Shown: positions 52,700 to 64,000 of the stretch, piece by piece
Numbering within the stretch: the stretch's first letter is position 1
Layout of the letters: every line of letters begins with the position of its first letter
DNA from: Conidiobolus incongruus B7586
Lineage: Eukaryota
Assembly: GCA_000697335.1 (NCBI GenBank)
Contig: JNEM01010494.1
Span: 62,001 to 126,000, forward strand
Direction: 5' to 3'
DNA length: 64,000 nucleotides
Translations under genes and position numbers: made by a program
The notes under the pieces: generated by a model
Database searches by the model: none
What the model saw: the letters and a program-made list of their open reading frames with translations, nothing else
Told to the model about the DNA's origin: nothing

Positions 52700-54173
52700 G
52701 AAGGGGGTTTTCCAAGGTCTCGAAATTCGTATGAAAAGCAGACCTACTTGTTGGATGATATTTTCAGTCATAATAGCTCTTTTATGCTCATCAAATGCCA
52801 TCTGAGAACATTTACGAGCCAAGTAGCATGCTGCATAGCCTGCTAATAATCCAAAGATATCAGTAGCAATTGATTGATCATGCCTAATTTGGAATATAAA
52901 TAAATAATTGTTTATATCGAAATATATTTGATTACCAAGTTTTCTGAGAATATTGAGAACTCCATGATAAAAATTCACTAATTAATCCAGACAAAATATC
53001 ACCTTGTCCACCACATCTTTTAAGACTACTTTGAACATAGCATTTCTATACTAAATACTTGTTTGAATTTGATACATAAAATAGTAAATACCTTGGAACC
53101 CATCAGAAATATTGTCAACGTTATCTTTTTGGACAATTGTGACTCCTTGAAACTTTTCACTCAATATCAATGCCAATTGATCCAAAGGTATATGATCAGG
53201 ATCAATATCTTAGAAATCGAAATGAATATGTGATAAATATTTAAAAAAAACTGGAAGTAATTACCGTAGTTTTACATAATGACTGAAACTCTACAAAATT
53301 TGGAGTTAAAACAGCATTCTTATAGCCTATAACTAAATCTGGTGAATTTTGAATTAAAAATAAGCCATCCTAAAGTTCGTGAGTAGATAATAATTGGTGA
53401 TATTCACAGAATTGACTCCATTAATCACAATAGGCAATGAACGCTCTTTAGCTGCAAGGATGACTTCTGTAATATTTTTCAAAATGTTTTCATCTCTAAA
53501 AAATCCAGACCCAATGACAATTGAATGAACTCTATCGAGGATGCCTACAGATTTTGTTTTGATTTAATCAAATTCCCCTTCGGTAACATTTCTACTGAGT
53601 ATATTAATATAAATGAAAAAATAATTAAACTATATTAATTACTTCCCAGTTTTCAAGTACGGGTGAATTAATAAATCTTGATCGATGGTTACATTGAATA
53701 TTTATAATATGAATATTTACATTATTTACCAGGAGAATAAGCCTAAATTTATATAAGCAAAATTATAATAGAATATAAATATTAAGCAATTACCTTGATG
53801 ACTGTAGCAGCAGATTCTTCACAAATAATATAAGCAATATCTACACCCAAATGATTAAGTAATATTAGCTATATATCAAATTAAATATAATAGTTGCAAA
53901 ATACAGCTCTGAGGGCGGAGCTATCAGCAAAGTAAGGAGCCCCAGTGTATCTATATATCACTTAATTGGTTTTAAATAAACTTGTATATAAAACAACAAA
54001 TACTCTATGGAACCACCAAATACAGCAATACAACTTTAAAAGACAAGAATCTTATTAAAAATGGTGCTTAGTTAATATTGATAGAGTCAGCAGCTTGTCC
54101 TTTCCTTAAGTTTTGATTGAGGATGAATTAATTTTTTAAATATTTCGGAAATCAAACTAGAGCTCATTGACAT
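52700..54173 (-). pseudogene. NNR2: ATP-dependent NAD(P)H-hydrate dehydratase (NAXD/CARKD/Nnr2) pseudogene, intron-containing
   Basis: Motifs KGQA, IAVFGGSIEYTGAPYF, AYSPDLLIHP, VLTPNFVEF and KRCGGQGDILSG are recognisable. Lesions: frameshift in exon 1, lost splice sites, in-frame TAA at 53564-53566. Confidence 0.85.
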
Positions 54174-54435
54174 TTTTAATTAATTTTCACCATAGAATAA
54201 TATGACTTTGCTTTTACACTTAATATATGGAATTCATTTTATCGACATTATGGGATATATTATCACTCTTTATGAATTAATAGATACCATGATCAAAAAT
54301 ATAGGCCATTTTGACATCATTAAAATTTGAATTCAGAATAAAAACATTAAAGCCAATCAAATACCATAATTTCAAGAAATTATAATCTATATTAAATAGT
54401 TAAATTCACTTTTGAATAGACAATGTTGAAATAAA

Positions 54436-56743
54436 ATGGATCAATTTATTCATCAATTAAATAAAATTAACGAATTAAAGGATTATAAACTATTTTATCA
54501 ATCATTAATCAATTTGCTTCAAAATAATATTAACCAAAATAACAATGAATCAGAAGTAATAGATACTATTATTATATTTTATTATAAGTATATAAATATA
54601 TAAATAATATAAATTGTTATTATTTAGGTATGGATTGATCAATTCCAGTGGGAATTACTTCCTGAATTAATAAAACTACCTCATTTGGAACTGAATTTCA
54701 ATAACGAGCATCAACTTATTTATGACCCAATCGATGAAAGAGTCCAATTATTAAATATCTGCTTTGAACATATCAGTTCAATGGAATTATTATTATTATT
54801 AAACCAATCTTTGAAAAACTTTGACTTGAACGATTATGACGATTTCTTGGGAATTTTTCAATGGTTGGATCTATTCCATTGGATTAATCAAGGTATTTTA
54901 TAAGATAAATGTCTTATAGCTATATTAATTGAATGCGTTAGTATTATCAAAATTAAGACATAAACAGCTATTGTCCAACGCTTTGGATATATTAGATCAA
55001 ATGACACTCACTTTTAACCAATTTGAAAACCTTCTAAATCAATTTGATCACAAGGAAACTCTCTTGATACCAAGTATATCGGATGATGTCATCAATTTTA
55101 AAAGCTATATTGCTCGACGAACCAAATCCAATCTCACTAATTTGATTCAAATAATTAATGAAAAAATAGACTTAGTAAGAATGATTTTTGTCAAATATTA
55201 AGTTATGCTAATATACATACGTTACATTTGTAGAACAGTCTAGAAATAGAATCACAAGCATCTAAAGAATCAGAAATTATCATTAAATTAATGATATTTT
55301 ACTCTGAATTTATCTCTTATGAGTATGGCTCAAAATCCTTGGAATTTTCATCAATATTTTTTACTCAACTGGTTACTGATCACTATAAACTAATTGAATC
55401 CAATTCTATTCAAAATGACATTATTCCTATTTTTAATCAGATTATTGAAACAATGGTAATATGCATTATTTTATTATATTCTTATTCATTAATCTTGATG
55501 AAATATTAGGAACCAATGTTATCATTTCAACATATGATTGCACAGTATACAACTAAACCTAAGTCCAATATACAAAATGACGATTCAAGTATGATTATTA
55601 ATACAAATATTATTATTCTTATAACATTATATTAATTTCAATTAATTTAGAATGTAGTGCTTCATTATATTTTATAATTGGGTTAATGTGTTCTATTAGT
55701 TTAATTGCTAATATTTTGGATGGCCATAACTGTCTAAAATCTATTCATAATTGGACTATATTGAATCATTTAAATTTTAATGATCACTTTTATATATCAA
55801 ATCGATTACTTCAAAGGTAAAATTATCAGACAAATATTTCAAATTATATCAATTAATAACGAATAACAGTGAAAACACACATTTTAACATGGGATTCGTT
55901 GACGTGTTAACCATATTAAGATTTAATTATTTACTATGCAATCGTACATCAGCTCAACTAAGTTTAATTGACAATATGATGGATTTTATAGTAAAAATAT
56001 TTTTTATTAGATATTTATATATATTCATTAATTAATTTTATATAGAATCTACTAAATTTATATGGCAATGTTAAAGAAAGGAAGTTAGATCTGATTATTT
56101 TTAAAGCTTCTGTTATTGAATATCAACTATTTGATAAAAATGATCAGTTATCCATATTACAATTCAGTTTAAACAATTGTAATCATTTGAATTTAACTCA
56201 AGTGAAAAATGGAATCATTTCAATTTTAAAGCAAGAGGTAACTCATGCATATATGTTATTGACTATTTCTCATAATTAATGATTTTAGGATTCAATAAGC
56301 TTTAATTTAGATTGGTTAAATTTATCTCAATATCTATTATTACCGATTTCTAAATTAACCTATGAACAAATTCATATTGAAATTAATTATATATCTTTAT
56401 TGATTAATTTTTATATTTATCAATTTCAGAAATATAAGTATAACAATGAACTGAATGTAGGTCCTAAAAATATTCATTTAAAATATATTATTAATTTAGT
56501 TTTAGTCAACTATTCTATCTAAAGAGCATACTCGACTGATTCAAACTAAATTTATCGATGAAACAATTAAATTAATCAAATTTATTGAATCTCAGGATCT
56601 AAATGATATTAACATGGTACTAAATGATTATATATATATATATATATATACGTTCATTAACTGATTTATGATTTCAGCAACTAATTTTAGACAACTTGAA
56701 ATTTGGTCTGGAAAGATTAAATGAAGTGATAATAAATTCTTAA
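54436..56743 (+). CDS. Multi-exon helical protein, possibly glomulin/ALF4/Ybp1 family
   Basis: Chain of short exons with GT-AG introns, Leu/Ile-rich helical composition. QFQWELL and SSMELLLLL fall where the family's GWDL and NPKE motifs are expected. The gene is well supported; the family call is tentative. Confidence 0.5.
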
Positions 56744-56850
56744 AATATTCCCATAATCATTATTCGTTGAATCCAAGTTATAAACTTTTATTCAATCCCT
56801 TTATTTATTGATTTATTTCATTTTATTATTTAAGCATACCTATTTCTAAT

Positions 56851-57430
56851 ATGAGTGAATTGGAAAATAAACCTGAAGTAATAGAATCTCAAAGTACTCA
56901 ACAAGTTAACAAGAAAAATAAGAAAAAAGGAAAGCAATTCGCTGATATGGTAATTTTTACAAATATAATGATAATACTTATTTGATTTAATATCCGTTTT
57001 AAGGATAAAATGTTAGAAATTGCTGGAATAATAAATAATACTCAAGAAGCAATAATTAAAAGAAAATTAGAAAAACAGGTTCAAATACATTTATATATTT
57101 GAAATATTCAATTATATATTAATTTTTTAATAGGCTAAAAGGGACGCTATAATAAATGAAAAAGAAAAAATGAAAGAGAATAAAAAATTACAAAAGCAAC
57201 AGAAATTGGTATATTTTGCTATTAGTTTTTATATCACTATTTTATTCATTTTTATATTACCTTCTAGGAACAAATTAAAGAAAAATTAAAATTAAAAGGA
57301 AAGAAGAAAAAAGCAATTCAACCCGAAACAAAAACTAATGACTCTAAGGTAATACTACTATCAAACATTTTGTTTTTATTATTTATTAATATTGTTTTTA
57401 TAGCCTAAAAAACAAGTTAAATTTGCTTAG
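56851..57430 (+). CDS. LOC1: 60S ribosomal assembly factor Loc1-like (5 exons)
   Basis: KKNKKKGKQFADM-DKMLEIAGIINNTQEAIIKRKLEKQ-...-PKKQVKFA* parallels yeast Loc1 (KKGKKFIAD...KLEK...KKVSFA). Confidence 0.75.
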
Positions 57431-57798
57431 CGTGATATATTATGTTCATAAAAAATAGATTATAAATATCTTTGTACTTTAATTTTATTAATTTTTGAGT
57501 GTATTTTTTGAATTAACTATTTATTCGGTTGTATTTAATTTGATAAGTGTATATTTTTTATGTCATAACCCAAGTCCTGTAAAAAATTCATTTTCTAAAT
57601 ATATTAGTGTTTATATATTTTATTCAATCCATTCAATATTGCTCAATCATTTCAAATTAATAAATATGTGGGAATAAGTGAAAGTATCCAATCATAAAAT
57701 TTTAAACCCATAATTTGAAACCTTGACATTAATATTTCATGAGGATTTTAATAAAAATTCTCTTTTGTTACAAAGGAATTGAATCAAACAATATCAAA

Positions 57799-58284
57799 AT
57801 GGATACTGAAAAATTAGCCAGACTTCAAGCTCAAGTTAGAATGGGTGGTAAGGGTACTCCCCGTCGTAAGGTCTTCAAGAAGCCTAAGGCCTCTTCCGGT
57901 ATCGATAAAAAGTTGGAAGGATTTTTAAAGAGCATTGATGCCGTTCCTTTGTCCGGTATCCAAGAAGTTACCATGTTCCAATCCGGTGGTAAAGTTTTAA
58001 ACATTGAAACCCCCAAAGTTTATGGAAATCCCGCTCAACAAGCTTACGCCGTTCACGGTGAAGCCGTCGAAAAGGAACTTACCGATCTTGTCCCCAGCAT
58101 CCTCAATCAACTCGGTCCCGATTCCCTTGCTAGTCTCAGAAGATTAGCTGAAGCTTACCAATCTTCTCAAGGTGCCGCCGAAGGTGACAATGACGAAATC
58201 CCCGAATTAACTGAAGCTTTAGATGATGCTGCCATTACTGATGCTCCTGCTGCTGAAGCTGAAGCTAAACCTGAATCCGCTTAA
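57799..58284 (+). CDS. EGD1: Nascent polypeptide-associated complex beta subunit (BTF3)
   Basis: MDTEKLARLQAQVRMGGKGTPRRK...ILNQLGPDSLASLRRLAE...DNDEIPEL; strong C-ending codon bias. The likely start is the second ATG of the tracked ORF. Confidence 0.97.
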   Translation: MDTEKLARLQAQVRMGGKGTPRRKVFKKPKASSGIDKKLEGFLKSIDAVPLSGIQEVTMFQSGGKVLNIETPKVYGNPAQQAYAVHGEAVEKELTDLVPSILNQLGPDSLASLRRLAEAYQSSQGAAEGDNDEIPELTEALDDAAITDAPAAEAEAKPESA

Positions 58285-59739
58285 ATTTGATTCATTAATA
58301 TTCCATATTTTTGTAGGTAAATATGCCATACTTCATAAATTGGTTACTTGTGTCCGTAGTCTCGGAAATAAAGTCAACTTGTGGCCTGTACTTTTATACT
58401 ATGGTAACTAAACTATCTATCATACCAAACTATTTTATACGAGATCGACCCCACACTAGCATTATCAACTAACTTTATAAACCTATCAAATTATTTATTA
58501 TATTACAGTATATAGCTTACCTTTATATTTATCAAATTTAAACTCGAATTATTTCAGTTGCCCACTCTAACTATCATATATTTATGAACACTTGTCGGTT
58601 TAAATGTTACACTTTTCAAATTTCATTAATTGTAAACTGTTTAACCAGAACTAAAATGTAATCAAGTTATTCCTCTAACTCAATTATCTATTTCTAAGTT
58701 GTTTTAATCTTACTTTGCTAAATATTGTGATTAAGTAATTAAGGTTATTTTATTCAAAGAACTTATCATACACTTATTATTTTATCGGATATTTATTATT
58801 TTTGTTAATAATGTCAGAATAATTGATGTATAACTCAAAAATATCGTTTCTAATTCTATATTTCTGAATATTATTTTGTATTCAAGTTTTCTCAATAAAA
58901 TATGTACTGAGTCCCAATGCATATTTTATATAATATATTTTAATGACTTCAGAAATTGATACATTTAACTATAACAATGATTTTAATCACGCTGTTTTAA
59001 TATAATCATATATTTAATATATCTTTCAACCAAAAACCCTTTATCGATTATAAACAACTAATCTGAATCCTGACCTAATTATTGTTATGTCTAAAAGAAT
59101 TTGACTGGAATTATTAATAGATGCAGTGTATTTGTTATTGTAAAATATTATTATTAAACAGGAAATGAATATATAATTATACCATAAACTGAGTAGTAAA
59201 TTAAAGCTTATTATTTGAGGTTAACAATTTTTATTGAGATAATCTTAGCACATTTTATATGATATATTAATACAATCAAGGTTATAAAAATAATTTGTAT
59301 ATTTTCCTACAAAAATTGTATTAATATATAAAGACAAACTAACCACTTATCAAATTTCTATGATCAAAATTATGAATTACACAGCTTGAGAATATCATTG
59401 ATTAAAATTTAGAATCAAACATTTGTGCTATATGTTAATATATTGATTAAATATTTACAGCAAATTATTTCTGATTGAGATATATATAATAAAATAACGA
59501 CAATTTTAATAATTATTATTCATAGGAAAAAAAATGACAAAATAAATTTAATAATTTACTCAAATTCTGTTGGTTTCATAATTGAAATAAAATAAATAGA
59601 AATAAAAATTAAGTCTCAAGAGTTTATAAATCGTAAATAGTATCAATCCAATAAAAAGGATTTCTAAACAATATTACGTTATTTTAAATATTGCCTTACA
59701 TAAGCGGAACACAAATATAATGTTGATGCGAATGGTCAA

Positions 59740-61159
59740 TTATTTGGTTTTTAATTCTTCAGGTAATCTAGCTAACAATCTTTCAGCCCATTTGACAACA
59801 GGAAGATCAATTCTAAAATAAATGAATAGATAAATACTTCAAACTTGGATGAAAATGTAAAACTCAATTACACTTTGCCATCTAGACTGAAAGCGCCAAT
59901 TCCAGATTGAGAATGTTTAATATAACCTTAAAAACGATTAGATGGTACCTAGATGTTAAGTATATAATGATCATTACCTTCTACAATGCGAGTAGCTCTC
60001 TTGATTTCTATAATTCAATAGATAAATTAAAATGTAGCTGTTAATGCGTTGGCGCCTGTCATTTACCTTCTTCAGATGGTGAAAAAAATTTTTGGATAAT
60101 GTCAACTTGCTTGGGATGAATGGCTTGCTATTGAAATGATAATGGTTATTGCAGTGAACATGTACATATTTTAATCAATAAATATACTTTTCCAGTAAAA
60201 CCCATTTGAAATCCTTCTGTACATTCTTCTTCTAAAATAGTATCATTTTGATAATCCAAACAAACCTAAGCAATGATTAAACTAACTCAATCACAGTATT
60301 TGAGGAATGATATTACTAAATCAATTGCTTGAATTCCGAAAGCTTTAGCAGCTGTGACAACTGCAGAACGAGCATAGAGTAATTCCTTCCTTGATGGAGT
60401 TCTGACCAACCCTAATATCATTATAAGAATAAAAGATAAATTGTGAATAAATATGAATCAAATATACCCAAATCGGCACAAAAATCTTCAGCAGCAAACT
60501 AAAAAAGTGTTAATGTGATAAGAACACCAAAATAAGAAACACTTACAATAAGAGCATCGAGTCTAGGATCGCTTAGAGCGATTTCTTTTAGATTTAAAAT
60601 AGCTTGGGCAGATTCAATGGATGCAATAATTTTGATTTTTTCTTTTACTTTTTCGGGAGAGATTTGGTTAATCATATCACTAACGAATTTAACCTCTCTA
60701 GCTGAGTGGACTTTAGGAATCACTACAGCCTGCAAAGTATCAGACCTCAATACTACTTCAAGATCATCCAATTGTAAACCAGATTCTAAAGAGTTAACCC
60801 TTACAGCTTTTTCTTGAGTAAAGTTAAGAGGATTAGCAAGTGCTTCAAATACCATTTTCCTTGCAGTTCCTTTTCTATTAAAAGCTACACTATCTTCTAA
60901 GTCATAAACTAAGCAATCTGCCTTAAGCTTAAAAGAAGAATTAATTTTTCTTTCATCACTTCCAGGAACTAAACAAATTTTAATTACGTAATTAATTTTA
61001 TAAATATATAAACTCTGAATTACCATAAAAAAGAGCTCTCCTAGATCTGGTGTTGATAGATTTAACACTATGAGTAAGTTCACTCACATTTGATGCAGAA
61101 GAGTATTGTCTAATAAATTTTACTGTATGAATAGGTTTTAATAACTTAGAATATAACAT
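59740..61159 (-). CDS. CLYBL: Citrate lyase beta-like (CitE/CLYBL, citramalyl-CoA lyase family), mitochondrial
   Basis: RRALFY-VPGSD, YDLEDSV, IPKV, IES, FAAEDFCADL, GFTGK-QAIHPKQV and IDLPVVKWA across about 9 exons; presequence-like N-terminus. Confidence 0.93.
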
Positions 61160-63250
61160 TATTGATATCAATAATCTAAAAATGTATAACGATATTTTAA
61201 ATTGTTGAATAGAATGAGAAGGTTAATGAGTCTCTGTATAATGAAATAATTTGAATTTTGTTTGATAATTATGACGTGTGACTGATTATAAATTATTTAA
61301 TTTTGGAATTGGAATGATCCTAATTTTTTATAATATGATGGATTATATATGAGACAAACATATTTATTATCATTTTTTACAAAGTTTATACATGTTTTAT
61401 TTTAAATATTGCTTATTCATAAACATTTTTTAAAATTAGGAAAAATCCAATTTTAGATATATTTCCGTTGAAATTACTAACAAAATATGTTTTGATATTT
61501 TTATTAAATAACTATCTTAGTTACAAATTTAATGTAATTATCTTTTACTAATATCAAAATATTATCCTTGTGATTAATTTCAATATATTTTATTTTATAT
61601 AATTAGCTTTAACATTTAAGTATTATATTTTATGAGGAATTCATTGATTTTAATAATATATAAATATTAGTTAAGCCCAACTATTAAAGAGTTTGCATAT
61701 TATTCAATAATATCTTGTCGCGTTACATTTATTGCTTCTTTATTGTTATAATAATGCAATAATCATTTCTGGGATCATATTATATTATATTTAATTCAAG
61801 ATCTTTACTCTTAGACAGATAATTGTCTTAATCATATTCAAATTGACCTTATATATCACTCCAAATAAAACAACACTAGCAGTTGCTATTATAAAGATAT
61901 AACGCTTATTGTCTAGATAATGCAAGTGGAAGATTAATTTTTGAAAAGATAAATTATTTACTAGTAAAATTCTGTGTTGTATATGAAAATTTGATGATCA
62001 TGTTTTTATATTTGTATTCAATCAAGAAGTATTCATTAAAATTAATGTTCTTTGATATGGTGATTTGAATAATCTTTGATTATATGAATGACACAAAATT
62101 TATGAGTAATAGTAGTTTTGAATGTATTAAAATGTCTGAAAAATAGAATATATTATATAATACCAGTATTTTCCAATAAAATCAATGATATGAAAACTAA
62201 TGAAGCATGTATGATTTGATTGTGGAAAAATATTGGTTGATTATATCAAAAGGATATTTCTCTGTAGATTAAACCATTGAAATATCTGTTGTTTAAGCAA
62301 TTTACTAATTTTATGTTCACTTAATATACTTTATAATACCATGTATAATTTTCAATTAGGCAGGGTGTAATGAATTGGATTTAACTGAGCTGCCTGATAT
62401 CCTTTGATTAGTAAAATAATTGAAATTTCAAAAGCTCTCATCTATTTTTAATTATTTTATATTTACACAATATTCAAAGTTGTGGAGTAATTTTTTGACC
62501 AACTAACTTAGAGCCATATTAGTAAATTTAATTTAGTGTCATCTCCAACAAATCTGTAAACAAGAGTTGAATAACTTAAATTTTATCCAATATATTGATA
62601 GTAGATTTTTATTATAATGAGTATAACCTAATAAAGGTTTATATAATACCCAATATTGAAGATCAGTGAAATTTTAATCAACCTTTAAGGTTATAAATAT
62701 CAGAAAGTTGAAATTTATTAACAAAATTGAATTTGATTCGTATGAGAATTCCTGAAGCTTATTCTACACTTTCTGAACAGATTGTACATGGCTACGGAAA
62801 ATTGATCAAACTAAAATAAAATTTAAAGTGAAAAATCAACTCTGATTCTTTAGTGAAAATACTTTAATTAATATGTATTAAGCTTGTTTAATAATTCTAG
62901 TAATCAAGAAATAGAAACCGTATTCGAATATAAATAAGTCAAGTTAAAAAACAAATATAGTTAAATTCGGATATACTTTGTATTCGATAAATATTTTGAT
63001 TGATAAAGTTCTTTGATAAATTTAATAAATTCTGTTATTCAAATTAAGATTTAAATAATGATTATGAATGAAGGCTAATGTTGATTTGCTAGTTAGTTTG
63101 CTATTTTATGTAATTTTAATTAAATGTAAATTTGGTAATAAATGTTGAATGTTTAATTATTTTGAGATTCACTTTGTTAATATTATTGATTGAGATTAAA
63201 TTTTTAATAATATTCAATTTACTAATCAAAGGATATATAATAATATTACA

Positions 63251-64000
63251 ATGCTATCAGACAACTCTACATCTGTTCATAATGATTTGATTCCTCCTAT
63301 AATTCGAAGGCAGTCACTTGAAGATATACATGAAAATTATATTCAAAGTACCAATTTATCACCAGAATCTCGGAAAAATGATTCAGATAAAGCTGCCTCA
63401 GAAGATTCTATCAAGGAAACTTTAGTTGCAATGAACCAAATTTTAGGTATATATTACACTCAATGGTAATTTTCTTTTATTAAATTAGTAATATAGAATT
63501 ATTAAATACAACTTCTAATTCTGCTCTAAATAATCCTGGTCAATTGGATGCTGATGATCAAAATCCTGACGAATCTATTTCGTCAATAAATTTAAACGAA
63601 GATTTTCATTCTTTAAACCAGACTGTCAAAAGTAAATCATAAATTAATTTGTTTATATTATCTATTAATGATTTTTTCAGTATTAGAATATCGCACCAAA
63701 ATAAAACAGTATATATCAGAGCTTAATCAAGTATTGATCAACAAATCTGAAATATCAACAGCTCAAATTAAAAAATACTATAAGTTTTTAAAAGAAACTC
63801 TAAGAGGTATTAATTAACGTATTTTTTTTTAATTTGAATTAATCCTAAATTAACTAGTTATTGCTCAATGTGATAATTCTCCTGCTCTTGGAGATTCTCT
63901 AGTTCTCTCTCCTAATAGTCAAAATACCCTTTCAAGCTCCTCTTCATTACATAATTTCAATCCTTACACCAAAACTTCCCCTTTGGGAGTGGGCATAAAA
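63251..64000 (+). CDS. 5' part of a multi-exon hypothetical protein running off the window
   Basis: ATG 63251 and successive short exons separated by GT-AG introns; Ser/Asn-rich; no family recognised. Confidence 0.6.

Noticed and set aside
1..64000. tRNA, rRNA, spliceosomal snRNA genes, CRISPR arrays, intact transposons
   Set aside because: None recognised by eye. GTTCGA-like hits (e.g. ~4285, ~5545) lack cloverleaf context. A covariance-model scan would be needed to exclude divergent RNAs.

Overview
Very AT-rich, intron-dense eukaryotic DNA from a fungus. The protein set, ~50-nt GT-AG introns and base composition suggest an early-diverging lineage, e.g. an entomophthoralean/Conidiobolus-type genome (inference only). 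Hand-splicing gives about 20 protein genes, many invisible or fragmented in the ORF track: DUF202 membrane protein, GGA adaptor, a divergent Sdh4/CybS-like protein, an RBMS-type RRM protein, a small Cys/His-repeat protein, eIF4B, Spg1/Tem1, two tandem miniature HP1-like chromodomain genes, SNU114, PRMT3, an alpha-arrestin, a MOSC protein, a DUF4203-like membrane protein, HEI10, the mitochondrial arginine-specific CPS large subunit, a decayed NAD(P)HX dehydratase pseudogene, a glomulin/Ybp1-like gene, LOC1, EGD1, CLYBL and a partial gene at the right edge. Most notable: (1) an unexplained ~450-nt GC-richer non-coding island at 16.4-16.9 kb that folds preferentially on the minus strand and carries an 18S-antisense stretch; (2) an orientation-fixed TCCCATAA motif upstream of many genes and of that island; (3) tandem mini-HP1 paralogs with an acidic hinge; (4) polarised C>T/G>A decay in a dispersed duplicate pair and in the pseudogene. 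Exon boundaries were read by eye and may be off by a few bases; family calls come from motif recognition, not database searches.
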